A stretch of DNA of 64,000 nucleotides from Campylobacterales bacterium (GTDB lineage Bacteria; Campylobacterota; Campylobacteria; Campylobacterales; QNZT01), in the NCBI GenBank assembly GCA_027068765.1, contig JAMOMC010000164.1:29-64028 (forward strand). Direction: 5' to 3'. Position 1 is the stretch's first letter. Every line of letters starts with the position of its first letter. The notes under the pieces are model-generated. The model was given only the letters and a program-made list of their open reading frames with translations. It made no database searches and was not told the origin of the DNA. Positions 49,502 to 58,894 of this stretch are shown here, piece by piece. A program made the position numbers and the translations under genes.

Positions 49502-50485
49502 ATGTCAACTATAAGATATTGTAAATTAAGAGATACAGATGTGATTATCTCACCAAACAGACTTCATAGACCAACTCAGTTTAATGTACCAAAAGATAAC
49601 TATAAGCTCGAAGAGTGTCCATTTGAGTTAGGGGCAGAAGATGCAACACCAAAAGAGATTTTTTCTATCAAAGATGAGAATGGAGATTGGATTTGTCGTG
49701 TTGTACCAAATCTCTATAATGCTTTGTGTATAGATGAGGGAAAAAGCTCTAAAAGAGAGGGGTTTTTTACATCAAAAAGTGGTTTTGGAGCTCATGAGGT
49801 GATTATTGAAACACCTTCTCATTATAAGATGGCTGATAAATATACACTAAAACAGTGGGATGCTTATCTTAGGACAGTTATTCATAGATTAGAAGATTTA
49901 AGGCAAGATAGTAGATTGGAGTATATTCAACTGTTTAAAAACCACGGCTCTTTTGCAGGAGCTACACTTTTGCATCCTCACTCACAAATTATAGCTACTG
50001 GATTTGTCCCAAGCAGTGTTAAAGCTGAGCTTCAAAGGTGCAAGGATTATTATGATATTCACAACAGAACTCTTCTTTTAGATATGGTACACGAAGAGCT
50101 TAGCGTCTCTAAAAGAGTTATTTTTGAAAATAGTTCATTTGTAGCTTTTGCCCCTTTTGCATCTCTTTATCCATTTGAGATTATAATATCTCCAAAAGAG
50201 CATATTTGTGATATTGTGGAGTTTAATGAAGATAATTTAAAAGATGCATCTAGTATATTGCAAGATGTATATAGAAGATTGTATGCTCTTTTGGGAGACT
50301 TTCACTACAATATGATTTTTAAAAATTTACCAAATTTAAAAGATGACAGCAGTAGTTATCATACCTTTTATATACAGATTATTCCTCGTATCTATATGTT
50401 AGCTGGGTATGAGCTCTCAACTTCTATGAGAATTAATCCTCTCTCACCAGAGAGAGTTGCAAAAAAATTAAAAGAGATATTATGA
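49502..50485 (+). CDS. GalT-like (HIT-superfamily) hexose-1-phosphate nucleotidyltransferase/NDP-glucose phosphorylase
   Basis: The ATG at 49502 lies 2 nt after the upstream stop. HPHSQ (HxHxQ) active-site motif and a GalT-like layout. Confidence 0.65.
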   Translation: MSTIRYCKLRDTDVIISPNRLHRPTQFNVPKDNYKLEECPFELGAEDATPKEIFSIKDENGDWICRVVPNLYNALCIDEGKSSKREGFFTSKSGFGAHEVIIETPSHYKMADKYTLKQWDAYLRTVIHRLEDLRQDSRLEYIQLFKNHGSFAGATLLHPHSQIIATGFVPSSVKAELQRCKDYYDIHNRTLLLDMVHEELSVSKRVIFENSSFVAFAPFASLYPFEIIISPKEHICDIVEFNEDNLKDASSILQDVYRRLYALLGDFHYNMIFKNLPNLKDDSSSYHTFYIQIIPRIYMLAGYELSTSMRINPLSPERVAKKLKEIL

Positions 50486-52440
50486 GAGTTTTATTTATAT
50501 CAAGTGAGATATTTCCATTTGCAAAAAGTGGAGGTTTGGGAGATGTAGCTTCAAGCCTTCCAAAAGCACTAAATGCTTATGTTGACACCACTTCAATTAT
50601 GCCACTTTATAGCTTGATAGATTGTGAAAAACATAGTATTGAAAGTACCAATTTTAAGTATGAGTTTTGGGTTGGCTCTAAAGAGTATCAATTTGAGGTA
50701 TTTAGATGTGAAAAAACTCTTTTTTTAAAAGAGAGCAGTGGACTTTTTGATAGAGATGAGATGTATGGAGATTATGATGACAATGATATCCGTTTTGGAG
50801 TGTTTTGTTATGGTGTGCTTGAGTTTATAAGAGTTAAAAATGAGCACTTTGATATTTTGCATATAAATGATTGGCAGAGTGCTTTAATTGCTCTTTTGGT
50901 TAAAGAACATTATCATTTTAACTCTAAAATTGTTTTTACAATTCACAATTTAGCTTATCAGGGAATTTTTTCAAAACAAAGCATTGATAGACTCTCACTT
51001 CGTTGGGACTATTTTAGAGTTTCAAAATTAGAGTATCACGATCAGATAAATCTTTTAAAATCTGCAATTGTATATAGTGATATAGTTACGACTGTTAGTC
51101 CAACTTATGCAAAAGAGATACAGACAAAAAGATTTGGGTGTGATCTAGAAAACCTTATACAAGATAATGAGTATAAACTTCGAGGTATTTTAAATGGCAT
51201 AGATTATGATGAGTTTCATCCAGCCATAGATAAGTATATTCCTATAAATTTTGATTTAGATACTCTTTATAATAAAAAAGCACTTAAGATAGAGGTTTTA
51301 AAAGAGCTTCATTTGCAAGATGAAGATAGAGCTCTTTTTGTCTTTATTGGAAGATTTACCGCTCAAAAGGGGATTGATCAAATTTTAAACTCTCTATATG
51401 AATTATCTAATATGCCGATAAATATCGCAATTTTGGGTTCTGGTGAAGATGAGTATAACCATTGGTTTAGTTCACTCTCAAGTAGATATAAAAATATAAG
51501 TATCACAATTGGTTATAGTGAAACATTAGCTAGAAAACTCTATGGAGCGGCTGATTTTTTATATATGCCTTCACAGTATGAGCCTTGTGGATTAAATCAA
51601 ATGATAGCTATGAAATATGGCACATTGGCAATTGTTAAAAAAGTTGGTGGGCTTAAAGATAGTGTGGTTGATTTTGAAGAGGTTTTAGATTTACCACTTT
51701 CTAAAGGTGTCGGCATAACTTTTGAAGATGAGAGTGTGCAGAGTTTTATCTATGTAACTAAAAAAGCTCTCAATCTTTATCACAATAAGAGTAGATTTGA
51801 TGAAATTATCTCATACAACATGCAGGTAGATTTTTCTTGGCTCTCTAAGTCAAAAGAGTATTTTGAACTCTACAAAGAGCTCTCAGACGGATGGTTACCA
51901 GAGAGGAAAATTAAAGAGTTTGAGATACCAACTCATTATGATATAGATACACTCAAAGCAATTTGTGTAAATCCTAATACACTTTTTACTTACTTTGAAA
52001 TTACTCATAAGTTATTAAAAAAACATCAAATCTCTTTAGATGCACTTAAATTAAAACTATTTGTTGATGGGCTTGAGGTAGAGAGTGTGGATGTTTATGA
52101 TAGGGTAGGGGATTACTACTTTTATCATATGATGGATTTTGCACAAGTTATGACAAAGATTGGTTATATTGATAAAGATGCTAAGTTTATCTCTATATTA
52201 AAATCAAATATATTTCTTGCACCAAACTCTAAAGTCATTAAAAACAGCGATATAATCTGGAGAAACTTATCAACAAAAGAGTTAAGTTGTAAAGATGCAC
52301 TCTATTTTGATGATCTCTTTTATGAAAAAAGAGAGACTCTCTCTTCAGATGCAGTTTTAAAAAGAAGAGCTTTGCAAAAACTATCAAAACATATAAGTGA
52401 TAAAAGTTCACTCACATTAGCTAAAAAAGGAGAGTTATAA
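50482..52440 (+). CDS. glgA: Glycogen/starch synthase with ~180-aa C-terminal extension
   Basis: 652-aa ORF with the N-terminus MRVLFISSEIFPFAKSGGLGDV (KxGGL motif). The GT5 core ends near aa 470. The extra C-terminal domain resembles DUF4912 (VNPNTLFTYFEIT). Confidence 0.8.
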   Translation: MRVLFISSEIFPFAKSGGLGDVASSLPKALNAYVDTTSIMPLYSLIDCEKHSIESTNFKYEFWVGSKEYQFEVFRCEKTLFLKESSGLFDRDEMYGDYDDNDIRFGVFCYGVLEFIRVKNEHFDILHINDWQSALIALLVKEHYHFNSKIVFTIHNLAYQGIFSKQSIDRLSLRWDYFRVSKLEYHDQINLLKSAIVYSDIVTTVSPTYAKEIQTKRFGCDLENLIQDNEYKLRGILNGIDYDEFHPAIDKYIPINFDLDTLYNKKALKIEVLKELHLQDEDRALFVFIGRFTAQKGIDQILNSLYELSNMPINIAILGSGEDEYNHWFSSLSSRYKNISITIGYSETLARKLYGAADFLYMPSQYEPCGLNQMIAMKYGTLAIVKKVGGLKDSVVDFEEVLDLPLSKGVGITFEDESVQSFIYVTKKALNLYHNKSRFDEIISYNMQVDFSWLSKSKEYFELYKELSDGWLPERKIKEFEIPTHYDIDTLKAICVNPNTLFTYFEITHKLLKKHQISLDALKLKLFVDGLEVESVDVYDRVGDYYFYHMMDFAQVMTKIGYIDKDAKFISILKSNIFLAPNSKVIKNSDIIWRNLSTKELSCKDALYFDDLFYEKRETLSSDAVLKRRALQKLSKHISDKSSLTLAKKGEL

Positions 52441-54020
52441 TGCAAAAATGTTATTGGATTCCAGTTTTGCACTCTCATTTGCCTTTTGTTAAACATCCAG
52501 AGTATGAGTATTTTTTAGAAGAGCAGTGGTTTTTTGAGGCTATTGATGAGTGTTATATTCCTCTTTTAAAAAATCTTAAAAAGTTAGTTGATGAGGGTGT
52601 TGATTTTCGTTTGACAACTTCTGTTACACCTCCTTTGGCTGAGATGTTTAAAGATACACTTTTGATGCAAAAATATCGCAGGCATCTAGATAAGATGATT
52701 AAACTTGGTGAAAAAGAGATTAAAAGAACTTCACAAACTTCTGAAGATGAGCATAAATTGGCACATTTTTATAAAGATCGCTATCTCTGGATCAAAGATT
52801 TTTTTGATGGGTTTTTAGGTGGTTGTCTGATAAGCGGTTATAAATACTTTGCATCTTTGGGTAAATTGGAGATTATAACTTGTGGAGCAACTCATGGGTT
52901 TTTACCAATTTTATCTCTTAATGAAAAAGCTGTAGATGCACAAATTTCTATAGCGGTTAAATCACATAAAGAGAATTTTGGTGTTTATCCAGAGGGTATT
53001 TGGCTTCCTGAGTGTGCATATTTTGATGGACTTGATAAAATTTTGGCAAAATATGGCATCAAGTTTTTCTTTGCAGATTCACATGCATTAACTTGTGCAA
53101 ATCCAGCTGCTGTAAATGGTGTGTATGCTCCTATTTATACTCCACAAAATGTGGCTGTGTTTGCAAGAGATCCACAAAGTAGTAAAAAAGTTTGGAGTTC
53201 AATTGAGGGGTATCCAGGTGATTTTAACTATCGTGATTTTTATCGTGATATTGGGTATGACCTTGAGTTTGATTATATAAAAGATTTTATCTCACCTGAT
53301 GGAAATCGTGTCTTTACAGGTTTTAAATATAGAAAGATAACATCCAATTCAGATGATAAAGAGTTTTATAATCCTTTAAATGCTTATAACATAACAAGCT
53401 CTCATGCTAAAGATTTTGTTGATGATAGAGTAGAACAGTTTGAAAAATTATCAAAACAGATGGATAAAACTCCAATGTTAGTCTCTCCTTATGATGCGGA
53501 GCTTTTTGGTCATTGGTGGTTTGAGGGACCTGATTTTTTATATCATCTTTTTAAAGAGATTGGGAAGCAAGATAATTTTAAAGCTGCCACACCTTTGGAG
53601 TATTTAAAACAAGAACCTACAAATCAAGTAACAATTCCCACACCATCTTCTTGGGGAGATGAGGGTTATTATGATGTATGGTTAAATAAAGAAAATGATT
53701 GGATATATAGGCATCTTCACTTTATGGCAGATAAGATGCAGGATTTGGCAAATTGTTATATTGATGAGAAAGATGTTATAAAAGTTAGAGTTTTAAATCA
53801 GCTGTTGCGAGAGTTGTTGCTTGCTCAAAGTAGTGATTTTGCATTTTTAATTACTACTGAAACTGCGATTGAATATAGTGTCAGACGAACTAAAGAACAT
53901 ATTTATAATTTTATGAGACTAGTAGATATGATTGATGAGGTGGATTTGACATTTTTGGAGTGGTTGGAGCAAAAAAACTCTATATTTCAAAATATAGACT
54001 ACAAGGTGTTCTCTGGATGA
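52440..54020 (+). CDS. GH57 1,4-alpha-glucan branching enzyme-type protein
   Basis: 526-aa ORF with the motifs VLHSHLPFV, GKLEIITCGATHGFLP, IWLPECAY, YDAELFGHWW, LAQSSDFAF, as in GH57 branching enzymes. Confidence 0.8.
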   Translation: MQKCYWIPVLHSHLPFVKHPEYEYFLEEQWFFEAIDECYIPLLKNLKKLVDEGVDFRLTTSVTPPLAEMFKDTLLMQKYRRHLDKMIKLGEKEIKRTSQTSEDEHKLAHFYKDRYLWIKDFFDGFLGGCLISGYKYFASLGKLEIITCGATHGFLPILSLNEKAVDAQISIAVKSHKENFGVYPEGIWLPECAYFDGLDKILAKYGIKFFFADSHALTCANPAAVNGVYAPIYTPQNVAVFARDPQSSKKVWSSIEGYPGDFNYRDFYRDIGYDLEFDYIKDFISPDGNRVFTGFKYRKITSNSDDKEFYNPLNAYNITSSHAKDFVDDRVEQFEKLSKQMDKTPMLVSPYDAELFGHWWFEGPDFLYHLFKEIGKQDNFKAATPLEYLKQEPTNQVTIPTPSSWGDEGYYDVWLNKENDWIYRHLHFMADKMQDLANCYIDEKDVIKVRVLNQLLRELLLAQSSDFAFLITTETAIEYSVRRTKEHIYNFMRLVDMIDEVDLTFLEWLEQKNSIFQNIDYKVFSG

Positions 54021-54895
54021 TAGAGACTAATAAACAGAGCTTGAAGCTTTTAATTGATTATGGTGGTACACACTTTAGGTATGTTATAAAAAGTGAAGAC
54101 AAGGTTATAGATGAAAGCTCAATAGATACTAAAAATTTAGATTTAATTGATTTTTTAACCTCTTTGCTCTCTAAAAAAACAGATATAGATTTTGTCGGTA
54201 TTGGAGTTGCTGCTCAGGTTAAAAATGGTGTTATCTTATCAGCACCAAATATCAATATAAAAGATAGAAATCTAAAAAAATATATAGAAGATAGATTTGA
54301 TGTTCAAGTTGAAGTTGATAATGATCTAAAAGTCGCAGCTTTGGCTGAGATGGATTTAGAAGGAGATGATAAGAGTATTGTACTTTTATATATTGGAACT
54401 GGGTTTGGGAGTGCTTTTATTGAAAAGGGTACTATTATAAGAGGGGAGAGTAATTTAGCTGGTGAGATTGGTCATATACCATTTAAAAAGGCTCCTTTTT
54501 TGTGTGGTTGTGGAAAAGATAACTGTGTAGAGCTTTTCGCATCTGGTATTGGGCTTCAAAAGTGGATAGAGTATTATGGCATCTGTGTAGGGGAACCAAC
54601 TCTTGAAGCATTAGAAAATCTACAAGATACAAAAGCAAAAGAGATTTTAGAAAACTTTTATAAAGCTCTTTTACATGCAGTTTCAACTATCGTAACACTT
54701 CTAAATCCAAACTCTCTTATATTAGGGGGAGCTGTTTTTAAAAATAATCCTACTTTAGTTGATTTCTTAAAAGATAATCTAAATTTAGAAGCTTTTAAAC
54801 CATCTTTAAAAGAGTTAGAGATTAAATTGTCAACTTTGAGTAGTGCCAACCTCAAAGGTGTCGATATACTTATCAAACAAAAAAGGAAAACATAG
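54017..54895 (+). CDS. ROK-family glucokinase
   Basis: The ATG at 54017 overlaps the upstream stop (ATGA). Motifs: DYGGTHFRY ATP motif, GEIGH, and the ROK zinc motif CGCGKDNCVE. Confidence 0.75.
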   Translation: MIETNKQSLKLLIDYGGTHFRYVIKSEDKVIDESSIDTKNLDLIDFLTSLLSKKTDIDFVGIGVAAQVKNGVILSAPNINIKDRNLKKYIEDRFDVQVEVDNDLKVAALAEMDLEGDDKSIVLLYIGTGFGSAFIEKGTIIRGESNLAGEIGHIPFKKAPFLCGCGKDNCVELFASGIGLQKWIEYYGICVGEPTLEALENLQDTKAKEILENFYKALLHAVSTIVTLLNPNSLILGGAVFKNNPTLVDFLKDNLNLEAFKPSLKELEIKLSTLSSANLKGVDILIKQKRKT

Positions 54896-56539
54896 ATGAA
54901 TAAAACATTAGAAAATCAAGAATTGTATAGTAAAAAAGCTGCATATTTTAGTATGGAGTTTGCTATTCATCAAGCACTTAAGATTTACTCTGGTGGATTG
55001 GGCTTTTTAGCTGGTTCTCATATGAGAAGTGCTTATGATCTTAAACAAAATGTCATAGGAGTGGGTATGCTTTGGTCTTATGGATATTATGATCAGCTTC
55101 GTGAGTCTGATCAGAGCATGCAAGCTTCACATACTAGAAAACATTATCAATTTTTAGATGATCCAAATGTAGAGGTGACTGTTTTGATAAATAATAGACC
55201 AGTTATCGTTAAAGTATATCTTCTAAAAGCAGATGTTTTTCAAAGTGCTCCTATGGTTCTTTTATCTACAGACATTGAGAAAAATGATCATCTATCAAGA
55301 ACAATTACTGCAAGGCTTTATGATGGAAATAATGAGACTAGAATTGCTCAAGAGATTGTTTTGGGAGTTGGTGGAGTTAAAGCACTTGAAGCACTTGGTG
55401 AAAAGATAGATATATATCATATGAACGAAGGTCATGCTGTACCACTTGCTTTTAATCTGTATGATAAATATAGAGATATTGATGAGGTAAAAAGCAGAGT
55501 TGTTTTTACAACACACACACCAGAAGCTGCAGGAAATGAAGTACACAATATAGATTTACTCCATAGAATGGGATTTTTTAGCTCACTTGATATTGATACG
55601 GTTAGAGAGATTACGGGTACTAAAGGTGATATGTTTAGTCTAACAGTTGGAGCTTTAAAACTCTCAAAACTCTCAAATGCCGTCTCAAAAATCCACTCAG
55701 TTGTTGCAAATGATATGTGGAAAGATGTCTTAAATGAAGATGAAAAAATTATACCTATAACAAATGCTCAAAACAGAAGATATTGGCAAGATAAAGGTTT
55801 AATTAGAGCTTATGATGATAATGTTGATTATGAGATAGTCTCAAGAAAAAAGCATCTTAAAAGAATGCTTTTTAATGTTGTTGCAAATCAGACAGGAAAG
55901 ATGTTTAATCCTGATGTACTTACAATTGTTTGGGCTAGAAGATTTGCTGAGTATAAAAGACCTGGACTTTTAAAGTATGATTTTGAGAGATTTTTAAAAG
56001 TTATTCAAAGTCAAGATAGACCTGTTCAGATTATCTGGGCTGGTAAACCTTATCCAACAGATGGTTTAGCTGTTGGTATCTTTAATGAGCTAGTGCATCT
56101 CTCAAAAGATATAAAAAATATCGCAGTTCTTACAGGGTATGAACTTGAACTCTCTGCAATTATGAAAAAAGGTGCAGATGTGTGGATAAATACACCTAGA
56201 ATAAATAGAGAAGCTTCAGGAACAAGTGGTATGACAGCAGCTATGAATGCCGCTATTCACTTTTCTATACCTGATGGTTGGCATCCAGAGTTTGCTAAAC
56301 ATGGAGAAAATTCATACACAATCGCTGGATGTGATGGAGAGCTACCAATTGAAGAACAAGATAGAATTGATAATAAAAACATGATGGATGTTCTTGAAAA
56401 TGAGATAATTCCTACATACTATGATGATCCTAAAAAGTGGGTTAGCATAATCAAAAATGCAATGCATGATGTCTTGCCATATTTTGATTCAGATAGAATG
56501 GCACATGAGTATTATGTTAAAATGTATAATCATAAATAA
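54896..56539 (+). CDS. Short GT35 alpha-glucan phosphorylase-family protein
   Basis: 547-aa ORF with the motifs YFSMEFAIHQ..YSGGLGFLAGS, TTHTPEAAGNE, EASGTSGMTAAMN. The expected PLP Lys reads Thr. Confidence 0.7.
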   Translation: MNKTLENQELYSKKAAYFSMEFAIHQALKIYSGGLGFLAGSHMRSAYDLKQNVIGVGMLWSYGYYDQLRESDQSMQASHTRKHYQFLDDPNVEVTVLINNRPVIVKVYLLKADVFQSAPMVLLSTDIEKNDHLSRTITARLYDGNNETRIAQEIVLGVGGVKALEALGEKIDIYHMNEGHAVPLAFNLYDKYRDIDEVKSRVVFTTHTPEAAGNEVHNIDLLHRMGFFSSLDIDTVREITGTKGDMFSLTVGALKLSKLSNAVSKIHSVVANDMWKDVLNEDEKIIPITNAQNRRYWQDKGLIRAYDDNVDYEIVSRKKHLKRMLFNVVANQTGKMFNPDVLTIVWARRFAEYKRPGLLKYDFERFLKVIQSQDRPVQIIWAGKPYPTDGLAVGIFNELVHLSKDIKNIAVLTGYELELSAIMKKGADVWINTPRINREASGTSGMTAAMNAAIHFSIPDGWHPEFAKHGENSYTIAGCDGELPIEEQDRIDNKNMMDVLENEIIPTYYDDPKKWVSIIKNAMHDVLPYFDSDRMAHEYYVKMYNHK

Positions 56540-56545
56540 TAAAAA

Positions 56546-56563
56546 GGCAGTTTTGAAACTGCC
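56546..56563. terminator. Hairpin terminator between convergent glgP-like and secretin genes
   Basis: GGCAGTTT/AAACTGCC inverted repeat. On the minus strand it is followed by TTTTT. Confidence 0.45.
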
Positions 56564-56565
56564 AG

Positions 56566-58752
56566 TTATATTTTCATCTTTCCATACTCTTTTTCAAGTA
56601 GATAAAGCTCACCAAGCTCTTCTCTAAGTTTTGTCAAATCTCCACTTTGTTTAACTATATATGGTGTTAGCATTAGCACTAGTGTTGTTCTTTCTAAATT
56701 TATTTGATCGTGAGAAAATAGTTTGCCTAGTAGTGGAATGTTTCTTAGTATAGGGATTCCGATGACAGTTTTACTCTTTTTTTCTCGTGCCATACCACCT
56801 ATGATAATAGTCTCTCCATTTTTGACTATGGCAGAAGTTTTTACTACTCGTTTTGTTGTTTGAGGAAGTCCAGCGGTGCTTCCTGGCAATATATCTTCTG
56901 ATGAAATTTCAACTCCAAGTGTCACTTTATTGTCTGAGGATATTCTTGGGAGTATATTTAGAGTTAATCCTATATCTTCTCTTTTATAGTTGTTTTTATT
57001 TATATCTGTTGTTGTTGAACCGACACTACTTTGTGAGATAACGGAGACAGTTTTACCAACATATAGAGATGATGGTTCATTGTTTATACATAAAATTGAT
57101 GGTTCTGATATTATATTTGCAGCACTCTCTTGGCTAAGAAGAGATACAGCAGCACCAAGAGCTAAAGCACTTGAAGCATTTGGTAAAGTTAAATCAAGAC
57201 TCTTTGCAAGTGAAATAGCAGTACCAGCATCTTGAAGCCCCATCTTATTACTTAGGGCAAATAGACCTGAACTATTTGTAAGTCCACCTACTATTCCATA
57301 TTTTAATCCTAATTCTGAAGCTTTATCATTGTTTATCTCTAAAATTTTTGCTTTTACATAAACTTGTTGTCTCTCTACATCAATTTTTTCAATAATTGAT
57401 TTTAGTACATCTCTCTCCTGTTTTGTTCCAAAAAGCATAATTGCATTTAATTGTTTGTCGTAAGTTATTCCAGGGTTATCTTGCTCTTTTGGCTCTTTTA
57501 TAGTTTTGACTATTTTTATGTTGTTATTGCCATTTGGTGTAGTTTGTCTATTTCCATTTCTATTCCCATTTTGTTTGATTGGTTGATTTTGGCTTGCAGT
57601 TTTTGACATTTGATCTATATTGGAGTTAAATGTTTTGTTTGCAATTAACTCATTTAGTAGTTTTGTAACACTTTGAGCATCACTATTTTTAACATAAACT
57701 AATTCGATATCTTTCTCTTTTTTATCATTCCCTTTATCAAGTTTTTTGATGTATGGGAGTATTAGTTTTATATCATTTTTGTCACCTACAAGTGCGATAG
57801 AGCTTGAGTTTTCATTTTGTATGACTTCAATATGTTGAGTAATTGATTGATTTTTAAAAAATGAGCGAATCATCTTTTTAACTTTTTTAGAGATGGCATC
57901 TACTTCGGAGTTTCTTAAAGAGACAAACTTAACTGTTCTATCACTATCTTTATCAAGGATTTTTATGATGCTTTTTATAGACTCTATGTTTTCTCGAAAA
58001 TCTGTTACTATTAGTTTTCCATTGTTTAAAGAGCTTATTTTACCATATTTGCTTCCAAGAGGTTGGGTAAATTTTTTGATATCCATTGCTCTTATATTTT
58101 TAAATTTAATTATAGCTGTTTGCATCCCGTTTATATCTGTTTTACTTTGTAAAGGGGGACCACTTCTCATAGCATCATTACTTTTTATGATTGTAAAGTA
58201 GCCATTTTGAGTATCATGTAGAGTATATTTGTTGTCTAGCAAAATTTGATTTAAAAGAGGTAAAAGTTTACTCTCTTTTATCGGTTTTGTTCCTATGAAA
58301 TTTATCTCTCCATCAATTTTTTTTGGTATTAGTATATTTTTTCCTGTTACATTAGAAACTAGTTTTATAAAATCTTCTAACTTTAAATCTTTAAAGTTAA
58401 TCTCAATAGTTTTATCTGTAACTTTATTTTTTTTCTTTAAAGAGTTTTTCTTACTACCAAGTATATAAGCATCATCATAACTTAGTTTTACAACATTTAA
58501 AACCTCTTTTGCACTTTGCATATCATCTAAGTTAGAGACACTAAGTCTCCATTTCCAAGTAGGGTGTGAAGAGTGGAGTATCTTAACTTTACCACTTTTA
58601 ACAAGACCTTCTAACTGTTGTACTAGATAAATTTGATCATTAAGCAGGTTATTTTTTGTTCTCTCAACTTTTGCTATCACACGATAGTTTGCATCTAAAG
58701 CTATAAAGCTTAGAGAAGATATGAGTATAACTTTTACTACATTTTTAATCAT
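56566..58752 (-). CDS. Secretin (GspD/PilQ/CtsD family) outer-membrane channel
   Basis: Start at 58752 gives the signal peptide MIKNVVKVILISSLSFIALDA. N-domain repeats are present, with a Q/N/G-rich insert. The C-terminal secretin core includes IGIPILRNIPLLGKLFS. Confidence 0.8.
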   Translation of the reverse strand: MIKNVVKVILISSLSFIALDANYRVIAKVERTKNNLLNDQIYLVQQLEGLVKSGKVKILHSSHPTWKWRLSVSNLDDMQSAKEVLNVVKLSYDDAYILGSKKNSLKKKNKVTDKTIEINFKDLKLEDFIKLVSNVTGKNILIPKKIDGEINFIGTKPIKESKLLPLLNQILLDNKYTLHDTQNGYFTIIKSNDAMRSGPPLQSKTDINGMQTAIIKFKNIRAMDIKKFTQPLGSKYGKISSLNNGKLIVTDFRENIESIKSIIKILDKDSDRTVKFVSLRNSEVDAISKKVKKMIRSFFKNQSITQHIEVIQNENSSSIALVGDKNDIKLILPYIKKLDKGNDKKEKDIELVYVKNSDAQSVTKLLNELIANKTFNSNIDQMSKTASQNQPIKQNGNRNGNRQTTPNGNNNIKIVKTIKEPKEQDNPGITYDKQLNAIMLFGTKQERDVLKSIIEKIDVERQQVYVKAKILEINNDKASELGLKYGIVGGLTNSSGLFALSNKMGLQDAGTAISLAKSLDLTLPNASSALALGAAVSLLSQESAANIISEPSILCINNEPSSLYVGKTVSVISQSSVGSTTTDINKNNYKREDIGLTLNILPRISSDNKVTLGVEISSEDILPGSTAGLPQTTKRVVKTSAIVKNGETIIIGGMAREKKSKTVIGIPILRNIPLLGKLFSHDQINLERTTLVLMLTPYIVKQSGDLTKLREELGELYLLEKEYGKMKI

Positions 58753-58894
58753 TTGTAATTCTCTTTTATATTTTATAATTATTAACCATATCGTCAAAAT
58801 TAAAATTTGATGTAATTTTTGTAATACTATTTTTATCTTAATTTCAATATTTAATGTTATAATTTAAATAATTTTATATTTAAAGGTTTTTGCT

